From Nemertoderma westbladi (lineage: Eukaryota; Animalia; Xenacoelomorpha), in the NCBI GenBank assembly GCA_032718475.1, contig JAUCBJ010008395.1, positions 15,282 through 79,281 on the forward strand: a DNA stretch of 64,000 nucleotides, written 5' to 3'. Of this stretch, positions 23,501 to 34,364 are shown one piece after another. The position numbers were made by a program, and so were the translations under genes. The notes under the pieces were generated by a model. It was not told the origin of the DNA, did no database searches, and was given only the letters and a program-made list of their open reading frames with translations. Within the stretch, counting starts at the first letter, position 1; every line of letters begins with the position of its first letter.

Positions 23501-24999
23501 TACTCACTTTACGTTCCTCGACTGTAAATTCAGCTATACCATCTTTGAAATCAAACTCAACCAAGACAAAAATCGTTATACCTTTAAATACTCATCAGGC
23601 ACTCTTATGCCTCACACCGCTTGAGATAGATAGCTCTCAACGGCAATTACTACGCTTTATTCAGGTATACACTGTGCCTGAAAACTACCGACAGCTACAA
23701 ACATTACAACGGTCTTATATTCCCGATAGATTCCATGCTGTAATGCACAATGGCCTAATGCGTGTTGGAAGCCGAATTGCCGGTGCATATTCTAGTTACG
23801 AGCAACAATTTCCTATCATTCTGTCCAATGCCACAGTTATGAGAGGCCTTATTTACGATTCACATCTTCGAAATCATCATGCAGGTCAAGAATATATTCT
23901 TGCAGATCTGCGTCAACATTACTACTTAATCCGGCCATGGAGATCTCTCCGGTACATTTTAGATCAATGCCTACCCTGTAAACGGCTATTTGCACGTCCT
24001 TGTGCGCAGCTTCAGGCCCCACTGCCACCCGAACGTCTTCAAATAGGTAAGCCAGCCTTCACATCCACTGGTGTGGATATGTTTGGCCCCTTTAGTGTAC
24101 GCAGGGGCTACCGTATATATAAACGTTGGGCGATAATATTTACATGCTTTACAACTAGAGCAGTTTACCTTGATGTTGTCGATCATCCTGACATGCAAAG
24201 CTTTATGCTCTGCCTTCGGCGTTTTGTAGCATCGACAGGGGGTGCAACCAAATACCGTTCAGACTGTGGCTCTAACTTTATTGCTGCTGCCAGAGAACTG
24301 CAGCAGTTCATTGAGGACTGGAATGAACCTGTACTTAAACAGAAGTTGGTTGAATTCCAGTTGGTCTATCAACCATGGCACTTTAACCCACCCTATGCTC
24401 CATGGTATGGTGGTGCCTATGAGCGGTTAATTCATTCAATCAAAGCCGCTTTGACAAAGATAATGCCATCACCACGAGATTTTTCGGATGAGATGTTCCG
24501 TACGCTCCTTTTAGAGATTGCAGATTCTATTAACCACCGGCCATTAATCCGAATATCCAATGATCCGGATGCCATAGAGGCAATAACCCCTGCTCATTTC
24601 ATAAATCCCCGTCCATCGTCATTACAGGTATATGAACGCCATGACGATGGTGACACTCAAGCATACTACCTCCAAGCTTTATATAAGGCAGTCGCCTTAC
24701 ATGTAGATGTCTTTTGGGGTATTTGGAAGGATCACTACCTTCCCACAATTCAAACAAGAACAAAATGGTTTTCAAAAGCTCCAAACCTAGCTTTAAATGA
24801 TCTCGTTATTGTTGATGAGCCCAATGTCCCTCGTCATAAATGGCTGCTTGCACTAGTACGGGAAATTCACAAAGGTGATGATGGTTTGGTTCGCTCAGTA
24901 ACTTTACGGCTTTCAAATGGTTCAACATTACAACGTCCAATTCAACGTCTGGTATTGCTTGAGATGGCTGCAGGCCACCAAGGTAATTACGGACAATAA
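17596..24999 (+). CDS. BEL/Pao gag-pol polyprotein (2467 aa, intact)
   Basis: Gag knuckles CIRCKNGNHHIYRC, CYNCLRSGHTTTEC, CRACDNRHHTLIC; protease LLDTGS; RT YMDD; RNase H FSDAS; integrase GVDMFGP, SDCGSNF, PWYGGAYE. Confidence 0.97.
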   Translation: MSDYSKTSQRSTQSQQVLSPQRTKPKVIQDKVQGGLGAPPTRNAAHVGAAAVANQNLPEILVSLAALGLDAASLETEGWRRALGGVIGYRNRRVNEIIALQRAWTDETPIDLLRGYGIEMEEILSKRRHLSETLLRYAKLTNREPICLYVQKADAEFTVIINKFFNAMPGGLYPLKAAKSLGEVVPPVVDEITGKVADMTICSPTNISVVPYVTPVSRSVDVATELAADNTLCPNDSVSQIPVGSHCSNSSSTVRAYLEAEQKRDEAHRERVRRHAVMEQEEALLKAEAVRQRAIKEQEEQISRVDTAIIKAQAKRRAQEKMDEAEMEIEQRKSRRIIEYGSGGSAGSGLSRGTFPLRTPDRHPHVTSTLTSTQIPATMPVTYNNLSPPLVSAVKAANPSITPLNPKAVPFLPLKPLPTGQYRVREPNPNHRRSMPSSAAIPIHQDPEAERQPFASGTRPPIASNLPQVTKKFPAQDIRYLPGTALGSNPHREFMNTDNGPPIPRSQNPVWYPHNARMSGPPYGSQRHQYPEVSRYNDVDPMGYPEIGTQNQNTQNIGQSQSGLNTSLEQASMRILSHTEINRFLPYTKFVTFKGDPEQWPAFLQYFTTTVLSKGLSSQENLSFLLSATAGPPHLAVTQHIGIPGGFEKAWAKLKKRYGNPRWLAKELYRQVIEYPALKGQQDITPFFDTLERIVAQLTAIDQINELDNAPIISTMVQKLTGACQGRWFKNVKRLVYPESDRIMPRSENLNDFMKFLEWEVDLAECSGAPTAAAIDKAARNQPRTELRPSYRWHPKKAVEAAFAASAAVTPEIYNKSADEESEETTCAVTDRKLPLPSKSKSSKPKLSCEKPKSVPPECIRCKNGNHHIYRCETFHKDDVKQRRDFISKSRLCYNCLRSGHTTTECPSARNCRACDNRHHTLICRDPNASTAVAVLTAELITGSDSSFVEDSPGEVEAEAEAYIVEMVDSPSIAKSFFIGKRSVKEYPILPVRVMGHGIEHHCFALLDTGSTATFLDESVFDKIFPESTSLRLTLQGISGEEVMGTRKAFGSISSLEGSCTARLPRVRMVRLKFGQACGQAYDWASDPFPAEVGLKAPTLPDPSVVMIIGGNCSEMRIILEQRPSNPTAYGCLATRSLLGWYFTGPSRRTCIERQWPVDDIESTMAADRGDASAALWAQEVPPGETSELLLLQEEVYQEDDDTDVLSETSFTNLMEESLNIINTGLDLLCDEDKYVLQALDHRVSAWIDGLKLQPHDLEKASSVEELRAAEIQRTTRRLLPDGHYEIGLLWRKPEPRLINNRPLALRRLNSLKKRLIDNPEVNVMYRAEMDKLLANGWAMRIPDHLIAPTPRTYYLPHHFVINPNKPGKVRVVNDCAAVYRGISLNSEIMKGPNYLRNIVGILLRFRISAIAYIADIEAMFMQVRVTPVDRDSLRYLWWESEDMSGDPIEYQMCSQAFGIISSPSNAGSSVVGCVADNQDLTDSLGEPFYSPDAASTLLRDIYMDDIMSAQPTVEQAIIVAHQVRDTLALGGFNLLKFASNSSKFLKSFSPELRQDATVELGIDPLPVTKALGILWDPTKDNLFFKVKSFTDGPRTKKSCLSILATTFDPLGLIAPVIMAGKILLKDIWAHGLDWDDPLPGHLLAQWYKWETALHYLDTMLLPRQYLPDLQPTSSVAFHIFSDASSLGMGAVAYLCWDDEQNIGTALLGSKTHIMPTKGLTIPRAELQAAVYAVELARTLHKELIWPEAKITFWTDASLVLQYLHNETTQFVVYVANRVQAILSFTTVAQWRHVPGDQNHADSASRGLICDKFLDCKLWFDGPEFLQQGPEYWPPPLSDTTLGKGAELKVKPLILAVPDFDSALQIKVSSLSNLLRIVVPSTGNETFPDTTKNVSPLLLDLIQHYRSFNRAARAITWIKRFIHWYFGGKPKLTPNKLPNMVPLKEPNAEDNSILEDTNKCKKHRVSEVLLTLRSSTVNSAIPSLKSNSTKTKIVIPLNTHQALLCLTPLEIDSSQRQLLRFIQVYTVPENYRQLQTLQRSYIPDRFHAVMHNGLMRVGSRIAGAYSSYEQQFPIILSNATVMRGLIYDSHLRNHHAGQEYILADLRQHYYLIRPWRSLRYILDQCLPCKRLFARPCAQLQAPLPPERLQIGKPAFTSTGVDMFGPFSVRRGYRIYKRWAIIFTCFTTRAVYLDVVDHPDMQSFMLCLRRFVASTGGATKYRSDCGSNFIAAARELQQFIEDWNEPVLKQKLVEFQLVYQPWHFNPPYAPWYGGAYERLIHSIKAALTKIMPSPRDFSDEMFRTLLLEIADSINHRPLIRISNDPDAIEAITPAHFINPRPSSLQVYERHDDGDTQAYYLQALYKAVALHVDVFWGIWKDHYLPTIQTRTKWFSKAPNLALNDLVIVDEPNVPRHKWLLALVREIHKGDDGLVRSVTLRLSNGSTLQRPIQRLVLLEMAAGHQGNYGQ

Positions 25000-26214
25000 G
25001 CAAAATCTGACAAAGGCTTCTGCTGTGAAAACAATGCCAGTGGGCCTTAAACTGTCTTCTACATAGCTTTACATTACAAGTATGTATGATTTATGTTAAT
25101 TATGTGTTAGTGGGGGTATGTGTGTGTTTGTACTACGTATATATGGGTATGCAAATAATTACCTAGACTTAAAAATTACCCCTTAGTGAATTTTGGGAGC
25201 GGAATCGAAATTATTACTCGACTGATGACAGACCGAGTTTTACTTCTGCCATTTCTCTGTTTGTAAAGAAACACGGGGCATGCATTAAAGAAAAAAAAAA
25301 AAAAAATGTCACATTGCAATGTATAAGGGCTTGAATATGTTCTTATATTTGCTTTGGAACTTGCCATCTGTAATTAAAACTTAGTATTAGTAAAAGACAC
25401 CAAGCAATTTTGAACCTCATAGGTAATCCAGCTCACTTTGTCATAACGGCATAAGCTTATTAGTACTGAACACAATATGGCTGATGCTTCAGGCTTCGAT
25501 TAATCTGAGAGATCCGATTCAGTGTTGGCGATGTTGGGGAGAAATGATGCGAGGCTACCCTCTGATATACAATAGCTTCAAGTCTCACATTCTCGTGCGT
25601 CTCATTTAGATATGTTTTGGATCACTATCTAACACGAGTTTCCATCTGTATCTGCGCCATTGTGGTCTGATTTCTCCAAGAAATCTGGATATGAAAACCG
25701 AAGAAACATTCTGAGGATCTCACTGCTGATGATGTTGTGGATCCACCACTGCTTACATCACCTCCACTTCTCAACCCCTGGGATCCGTTGCTTGGACGAT
25801 TCTGGATCTACTACTTTGCATGCAGGATGGTAGTCAGTGTGTTTGCCCGATCGATATTCGTACCAATACACAGGTTGCTCAGGAAGCATTGCCTTCAAAA
25901 CCGAATCAGTACTCCAATTATTCATATATATATATATTAAATACACCGTACTGTGTTCTGATTGTGCAATTTGTAAAATTTATGCTAATCTTATTCAACA
26001 CTTGAAATAGAATAGGGCTTTTTCCGCTGTGTAGCTCCTTTTGCCCTTTCTAGGAGATATAATTTTTTGAGATATAAATTTTGTGCTTTGTAGATATTTT
26101 TAGTTTTGAGTTATTTCGCTATACCACTGAAGTCCACTTACTCCACTGAAGTCCAGTGCGAGTCCATCTTCCCTGACTATGGGATGCTACCTCGCGTCGT
26201 ATCCCAGGGAGCGG

Positions 26215-27172
26215 TGTTAAACTGGGATGGTAATAATGGGCCTCGCCCTGATTACTTTGTTTATTATCTGATAATAATTGACTGCCAATCTCTGTAGATA
26301 GTAGCTCCCACATTTCCTACTTTCTATTGGTACAGTACAAGGTGCTAATAGTTATGATCAGCTGTTCTGGCCCTACCATTGAATGCCTTGTAACGATAGT
26401 TAAGGAATTATTGCGGTCAGGTGGTACCTCAGCTTTCATGTAATAGTGTTGCTTTCATGTAGTCAGGTTGTACCTCTACATTGATAATACCGTACTAAAC
26501 ATATTTGAACTTATTTATATTTAGATATATTTCATATTTATATTCAGTCAGTGGCTACCTAGTACTCGCTGTGCTGTACGAGGCGACCCAGTCTTGCCTG
26601 GTGCTTTTCCTCAACCGAGCAGTTTACCGTCCGCGTGAGTTATCCGGTCGCGGTCACGGTCGGTGCGTCTGGATGGTTGGTGGCCCCCCTTGGCCCCAAC
26701 GGCAACCACCGATAGCTCAACAAACTCTATTTCATTCGGCCTTGCCTATTCGCCTGACATAACGGCATAGGGAGCCATACTTTCCTTTAACGTGTTATCT
26801 TTCACGATACAGATAACCCACCTATTGGGTTTCTGGGATCATTATATTATGATATAAAGTACACCCTCAATCGTACTGATTGTCGGGCCTGTTTGTGTTG
26901 GTTATTATTGTGAACGGTGCTACACAGCGGAGGCCAGTTAAACAAACAAAGTGAGTTTCAAACCACATTAATAGGTTTACCCTGCTTGGTGTCTTGTAGC
27001 TCTACCGTAAAGCCATAAGCTGCCCCCTTATGACCCTTTTGTGTAAGATAGTTTAAAATAAGTGTGCGAATGTCCCCTATCCACCCCGTAATTCGACCTG
27101 TCAGTCACGTCGTACCGAGAAAGTCGGGTGTCAGGTTCTTTATTAACTGTCTAACAGTCACCGACTTTGACA
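26215..27172 (+). repeat. 3' LTR of element B
   Basis: Direct repeat of the 5' LTR, preceded by GGGAGCGG. Confidence 0.97.
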
Positions 27173-27177
27173 GTATA

Positions 27178-28320
27178 CAGGAACTGTTTCTACAGCTGCT
27201 AACTTAACTGCCTCTGTGAAGGCAGTATAGCCCTCACAGTGATCTGCCGCCTCAGAGGGAAGAACCTCATACCTGTTGCTCAGCTGTAGTGTGAAGCTGG
27301 ACTCACACCTGGCTGTTGCAACAGAGAGGACAAGTCATGCCGCGGCAAGGCAGATTTCGTTGTTCTGCTAGCACGCCTGAATTTTGTTGTCAGTCCAGGG
27401 GGCCCGTTTCCTGTTTCGAGGGTATACAGGAACTGTTTCTGCAGCTGCTAACTTAACTGCCTCTGTGAAGGCAGTATAGCCCTCACTGTGATCTACCGCC
27501 TCAGAGGGAAGAACCTCATACCTGTTGCTCAGCTGTAGTGTGAAGCTGGATCTCACACTTGGCTATTGCAACAGAGAGGACCAGTCATGCCGCGGCAAGG
27601 CAGATTTCGTTGTTCTGCTAGCACGCAGACTAAGTCTTACCTTGGCCACAATAAGGCGGTGATCACTGGAGAAGGGTCGTAGTGTAAATGCATTACAGTC
27701 TTGTATAGAGCTCCTGTATTTGCTACGAAACAGGATATGGTCTATCTGAGACTTGTGACCACTGGGTCCACTATGAGTCCATAGCTTTCCAGTTCGCTTC
27801 TTGAACTGGGTTCCAGCCGAAAACAATCCATTTCCAGAGATAAAATCCTAAAGATGGACGGAATTTCGGTTAACACTATTGCTATAGACCCAGGGCGATG
27901 TAGGGGATTGGGTCTGAGGCGGTCGCAACGTCTATGAAGAGCTGAATTACTTTCAGTTTCGAAGTTTTCAGTCCCGTGGTTGTACTTGTTGGTTTCTGAA
28001 CCAGACTTGTTGGGTTCTGTGTCAGTGATGGCGGGATTGTCTGTAGGAAGCGGCGATTCCGACACAACCTGCGCCCAGGGGAAACTTCACACTATAGTCA
28101 CGATTTCTTCCTACCCCGACTAGAGTTCCAATGTGAGTCCCGCGCTTTGATTTTGGGTCCTGAATCCTCGTTTCTGCTCCTATCTTAAGGTGGGAAGGTC
28201 GTGTGCTGATTGGTTGTATCGGCCCGATCAGCTGTATCTTGCAAGACTTGCGCATATTTAGAATGGTGAGCAGGTAGTCGCGAACGGAGGAGACGCCCAA
28301 AAACGATTTCACTTGGAGAA
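27178..28320 (-). mobile_element. RTE-like LINE, 5' part with APE endonuclease remnant and an internal ~250-bp tandem duplication
   Basis: WTHSGPSGHKSQIDHILF...SSDHRLIVAKVRL matches APE motifs. 27377-27626 duplicates 15963-16012 plus 27178-27376. Confidence 0.85.
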
Positions 28321-28830
28321 ATGTTATTAGCTCTCGGTGAATTTCCGATTTCCATCAAACGTTCATTAAATTCCTCGGAGTTTATGTCCGGTTGTTTACA
28401 TTTGATATGCAGAGCCTTTAATCGTTTAACTGATGCCTCTGCGTGGCCATTGCTGGTGGGGTAATGGGGTGTACGTTGACCCCAGTTTACTTCCCAATGG
28501 TTGTAAAATGTTCTGGAATAGTGAGAGTCGAATTAGGGCCCTCCATCCGTTCGCAGTCTGTTAGGGACGCCGAGGTGTATGAAATACAATAAAATATAAT
28601 CTAGTCCGTACCCTAATGAAATTGCAAGTGTTATTATTATATTATATTATTATTTGAGTACCAAAGATAAATTACATTAATTATTCCTCCCCAGGACCAA
28701 AACGAAATATACAGTATTTGGTAGGACCATGGGTTATTATCTTGTTGAGATTTTTACTCCAGAGATTTTTACATAATCAATCAGGATAACTATATTACAA
28801 CTTATCCTATAAAGAAATAAACTCCTCATA

Positions 28831-31800
28831 ATGTATACTGGAGTCTTTGTTATCGCAATCGCTCTGATAAACAATTCGGTTGGCGAAATCTACATTAACA
28901 ACTTCTGTACGAATCCCTCCGCTACTGCGTTCTCTACAACCTCCCCCTCTACCGCTTTATGTAACATTAATTGCGAACAAAGGGACCAGTGTACGGCTTT
29001 CAGTTACAACGAAGGGGTCTGTAAGCTTTACTACGATAGCTGTCTTGAAAGAATGGACAGCTGGTATGTTGATACATTAGAAAGAAGATGGATTAGTACA
29101 AAAAAAGGTGAGATGCGTTCATTATTTATCAGAAATTATAAAGTAAAAAATATTCTAGATCCAGTCGCATTGCCAGTTCACACAAATAAATTACAATTCT
29201 GTATATTGTATATCACGTTTGTTTCCATTCCAGTTGAATGGGTTGTAAAGTTTCGTCCTCCTTGCCGCAAACGTTTCCTAGGCGAAGTGAATCTAACGAC
29301 TCAAACAGACATCAGCTCTTACAATGAATGTATGGAGGAATGCGGTGACAATCATCTATGCAGAGCGGTTGTTTGGGCCTGGAATGCAGTGAATTTCTGT
29401 GGATTCGAAACTGGCGGAGATTCAGACACCAAACTTAGTACTATCGTCGACACCTACGGTGACGATGTCGCCTACTTTGATAAGATCGATGACATTCCAT
29501 TTCTCTGTAAGTTTGAATAAATGTGCCTACAGTTCAATGACAGCAGATCTTTCTTTACTGTATAACAGGTAATATTCATCTACTGTATTCTAATGACCTC
29601 AATACCGGTACTTCTCTATATTTTAGGCCCAGATGAGGATCCATGCGATAATCTTTGTCCAGAAGGATACAAATGTGGAGAAATAAGGATAATATACAGG
29701 GGAGAACCGCTTTGTAATTCCTGTGCCAGCAGCTACGTACCACTCAATGACAATGCGAATGAAATTATATGCGGAGGTGAGGAGCTATAATATACTGTAT
29801 AATATAATATACTATGTAATATACTGTATAATATAATATACTATATAATATACTGTATCTATCTATTCGTGCTGGCAAAAATAGTGGAGTAAATCATATT
29901 TTTATTTTTATTCTTTATTTTATTGATACATTATGGCCTACTGTAGCTAGGGTCTAGTTGCGAATAAGTACAGAATCTCTCATTATATTTGAGCTCCTGA
30001 GCTCCATATTACAATTTTTATCATGTAGGCCTACAACTACAGTAGGGGATAGTCTCTGAAAGCTGCAGTAGTGGAGGCGTTTTTATAACCAAAATAATAA
30101 ACTAAACTATATTTCATATGCGACCAATTTGTGATGTAGTTTATTATTTTATTTGAGACCAACTTGCGCCACTATCTGACATACACAATATCGTGGACCC
30201 TACAAAATGAAAACAGTCTTGCGAACTATCTTTCGATAGCTATGCTATCCGGGTAGTGGAGGGTAGGAGTGGACGCTACTCCTATTCCAAGTTTTGCTCC
30301 CAGTGATTCAACTTGTCCTCATTTTAGCGACACCATTGGATAAAAGAGGCTCGAACTGAGGCTCGAGAGCTGGGCTCGAACCTACAACCAATAGATTGTA
30401 AGCTCGGCGTCCAACCAACTGAGCTACGGTACACCGCCTTTGCGGACCCTATAAATTACCTCTTAAATTCCACTAATTCCAGGAAACATTCCATACAGTA
30501 GGCCTACAATCGCGATAGATTTATGAATCTTCGATTTCTCTTCGATTCGATTCCGACCCAAGAATACCACCGAATATTCTCCAACTTTCGGTAGTCGAAC
30601 ACGTACAGTACGTCTCCCTGTATGTCCGCGCCAACGTCTTCCTGTACGTACATTCTTGTTAACGTTAAAAGTATACGGCGCCCTCGCCATCATCATAGAC
30701 AATGCAGTTCACGGAACACCTTGCTTCTGGAACAAAATCATAACAGTATCATAACAAATATACAGTAGCTACAGTTTTTCTTTATCTATTTCCATTTTCT
30801 TTACACATCTACTCGATACATGTTAGCTTTATTTAGTATAAGCGACGATACAGTAAAATAAATTAAAGTGGTCGGTCGATTTACGTGTGTAACTCGAAAC
30901 ACCTGATACACCCCGAAGGCTCCTCTCACTTGGCTGTTACCTATAAGGCTGGGAGGGCGCCACGCTAACTCTCAATTCAACCCTATCTTTACTCCCACTA
31001 AAGAAGCCAGGTTCCTATTGTAACGAGGGTTTGCCTAAACACTAGTTTGTTGCTTAAGGACACTATCAGTTTGGAATTTATACAGCCTTTTGTCTTATTT
31101 TTGAACCTTATAGGCCTACAGTAGCTAAACGCTATTGTGAAAGAGGTTCAGGCGCTGTATCCACTCGGACACTGCGACAGTGATAAATATTCGTAGTATG
31201 GCAATGATACAGGTTTGTATTCTATAGACATTAATAGCTGTGTCCCCAAATACAGTATTACTTCCCATTATGGCATATCCTCATTTAAATTATTCAAATA
31301 TTGTTTTTTCAGCGGATTCAAATTCTCCACAAACAAAGCTGGTTGCTTATTGGCCATTGAGTTTCAGATACAAAGGTAATGAAAAATTAGGACAACTCGA
31401 TGGTAGTATCCATGGCAACCTGGAATATAACAAAGGGCCGGGAGACGTCGATGGTCAGTCAGCGGATTTCGGTAGTGGGTATGTTTCCATCACCCATGGC
31501 AACGAGTTGCAAACAGAAACTTTCACTATGATTGCTTTTATAAAGCAGACGACCAGTTCAGTTGGACCAATATTGGAATTTGGGAGTAGAGTGAGTAGTG
31601 GAACACATTTCTGGCTTTGGCCCGGTACAACAACACTTTACTACTGTTGCCAAGCAGGTAATTTCATCTTGGTCGACTCAATCTCTATAGACCAGTGGTA
31701 TATGGTAGCTGTGGCATGGAGTGCAACTGCCAATAAGAGGTATCTGTACAGCCGCAGTATAGATAACATGGAACACAAGATAGTCGAGCAGGGGAATCTA

Positions 31801-31986
31801 ATCGTAGATACAACGAGACCGGATAAAGACTCGCTGAATCTTCTAATTGGGAAACGGGAAACAACGACGGAAAATTTTCCAGGTTTGATAGCTCATGTCC
31901 GATACTATCGAAGTTTTTTGACAGTCCGACAGTTGGACCAAGTCCTCGATGAAGTATTGCAACTTGAGAAACAAGAAGAAGATTAA
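28831..31986 (+). CDS. Secreted protein with two PAN/apple-like modules, a Cys-rich module and a LamG/concanavalin-A-like domain; exons 28831-29107, 29234-29506, 29627-29776, 31313-31986 (457 aa)
   Basis: Signal peptide MYTGVFVIAIALINNSVG. PAN patterns CNINCEQRDQCTAFSYNEGVCKLY and CMEECGDNHLCRAVVW. LamG-like motifs LVAYWPL, FTMIAFIK, QWYMVAVAW, FPGLIAHVRYY. All three GT-AG introns are phase 1 and frame-consistent. Confidence 0.85.
30215..30435 (-). mobile_element. tRNA-derived SINE (family 1) in intron 3
   Basis: Minus-strand head GGTGTACCGTAGCTCAGTTGG...GGTTCGAGCCC carries Pol III A and B boxes; it is homologous to 33761-34048. Confidence 0.7.
30860..31178 (-). mobile_element. Degenerate tRNA-headed SINE related to family 1
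   Basis: A-box-like TGTCCGAGTGG at the head; it shares the CCCGAAGGCTCCTCT tail motif with the copy at 33795. Confidence 0.5.
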
Positions 31987-32371
31987 CTATTGAACTGATT
32001 GTGTCTGTAATGTCTCTGATGGTGTCAAAACTTTTAATTCACTGTCTTTAGTGTAATTTATAAATATAAATAGCAATTTCTAAATTTTTTAAATAACTAG
32101 TTTATAAATATTTCTAAAACAAATAATAACCAACAATAATGTAAATTTTCTGTACAATTTGAAATTCAAAAATTGATAAATTCAAAATTTAGTATTACCA
32201 ACATTTTCTTGGATACAGAATATGTCGATGATATATTCCATTTCCATAGCAACCATGTCTCCCCTGTTTACTACATATGATTTCAGAGTGCGTGCGTTGG
32301 TTATTATTCTTTCTATATTCACATATATTAAAATTAATTTTTAACCACTAACATGTACTGATCGATACCTT

Positions 32372-33450
32372 TACATATATTTATACACTACTATATATAC
32401 TATTTACACTATATTTATATTTTATACACTATATATTTACACTATATTCTATATATTTACTATATTTATATTTTATACACTATATTTACACTATATTTAT
32501 ACACTATATTTACACTATTTTTTACTATATTTATACTATATTTCTACACTATATTTATATTTTATACACTATATATTTACACTATATTCTATATATTTAC
32601 TATATTTATATTTTATACACTATATTTACAATATATACTATATATTTACACTATATTTATATTTTAAACACTGTATTTACACTATATATATTTTATACAC
32701 TATATTTATATTTTATACACTATATAGTATATATTTATACAATATTTATACGCTATATTTACACTATATTTACTATATTTATACACTATATTTACTATAT
32801 TTATACACTATATTTATATTTTATACACTATATTTACATTATATTTATATTTTATACACTATATTTACACTATAATTACACTATATTTACTATATTTATA
32901 CACTATATTTACTATATTTATACACTACTATATATACTATATATTTACACTATATTTACTATATTTATACACTATATTTATATTTTATACACTATATTTA
33001 CATTATATTTATATTTTATACACTATATTTACACTATAATTACACTATATTTACTATATTTATACACTATATTTACTATATTTATACACTATATTTACTA
33101 TATTTATACACTACTATATATACTATATATTTACTATATTTATACACTATATTTATATTTTATACACTATATTTACATTATATTTATATTTTATACACTA
33201 TATTTACACTATATTTACACTATTTTTTACTATATTTATACTATATTTCTACACTATATTTACACTATATTTACTATATTTATATACTAATTTACTATAT
33301 GTATACACTATATTTACACTATATTTATACACTACTATATATTTACACTATATTTATACACTACTATATATTTACACTATATTTAAATTTATACACTATA
33401 TTTACACTATATTTACTATATTTATACACTATATTTACGCTATATTTATA
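32372..33450. repeat. AT-rich simple tandem repeat, (TATATTTACAC)n and variants
   Basis: Direct inspection. Confidence 0.95.
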
Positions 33451-33760
33451 TATTGGTGTTTCTATATTTGTTACTGTATAAGGTGGATAAGGCGTAATGG
33501 GCCTTCCCGTGTCGGTCGCCTGCATTCATTCCTGCATTCGTTATTACCGGTGCGACACTATATTCCGAATTCCAGGATATGGTGTATTGAGTTTTGCTCT
33601 CGAATTTTAACATCCCAACTCGTGCCAAATCCAATACACTCGAGGACATGCGATGGAATATTGGTAAATTATAATTAGTGCTTTAAAAAGTGTTAACTTC
33701 CGACTTTATTTTCTTATTTACTGGGGAAATTTATCTCTTTAACAGTAATATATATATCGT

Positions 33761-34048
33761 AAAAAAGCCAACACTCGGCAGAAGCGGGATGCGACCCGAA
33801 GGCTCCTCTTTCGATAGCTGCTACCCGAAGGGTAGGGGTGGACGCTAAAGGGTTCAAAATGGGATGTGATTTCAGGGTTCCAATTAGGGTTAGAACGAGG
33901 GTTCCATCCCAGTCTCAGTTTTCTTCCCAGTAATTCAACTGGTACTAATTTTATGGACCCTGTGCATGAGAGGCTGAATGGACCCTGGCGGTGTTCGAAC
34001 CTACAACCAATAGATTGGCCGGCGCTCAACCAATTGAGCTACCCCGCC
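33761..34048 (-). mobile_element. tRNA-derived SINE (family 1)
   Basis: Head GGCGGGGTAGCTCAATTGGTTGAGCGCC...GGTTCGAACACC; the tail ends in a T run. Confidence 0.75.
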
Positions 34049-34277
34049 GATATATTGTATTTTGTAAAATAAGATTCTAAATAGAGCTTTAATACTATTA
34101 TTACTTATTAGCTATTAAGTACTGTGTTTTTAAAACGCTGATAAAAAAAACCATAGGCAAAATCGAAAATTCCGGCTTCATGTAGACATCGACGGTGAGT
34201 GGAACTACCGGTAGGTGTGTTTCAAATTTCAAGCAATGTGATAAAGATGTCTAGAAAAAGTTGGGGGGGGGGGGGAC

Positions 34278-34340
34278 ACAAAGTGTCATTTTCTGATGAC
34301 ATGTACCCCCCATACATGTCATCAGAAAATGACACTTTGT
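34278..34340. repeat. Perfect 28-bp inverted repeat with a 7-nt loop
   Basis: ACAAAGTGTCATTTTCTGATGACATGTA - CCCCCCA - TACATGTCATCAGAAAATGACACTTTGT. Confidence 0.95.
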
Positions 34341-34364
34341 TACGGGTCATGGTGTAATTGTGTC

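Larger units (their letters stand above)
16013..27172 (+). mobile_element. Full-length, young BEL/Pao LTR retrotransposon B
   Basis: It has 958-bp LTRs (16013-16970 and 26215-27172; I saw one mismatch), TSD GTATA (16008-16012 / 27173-27177), PPT 26207-26214 and an uninterrupted gag-pol ORF. Confidence 0.97.

Noticed and set aside
33975-34048. Functional tRNA genes (also at ~30365-30435, ~49145-49210 and ~61590-61673)
   Set aside because: A and B boxes are present, but the cloverleaf stems are broken and each head continues into a SINE-like body.
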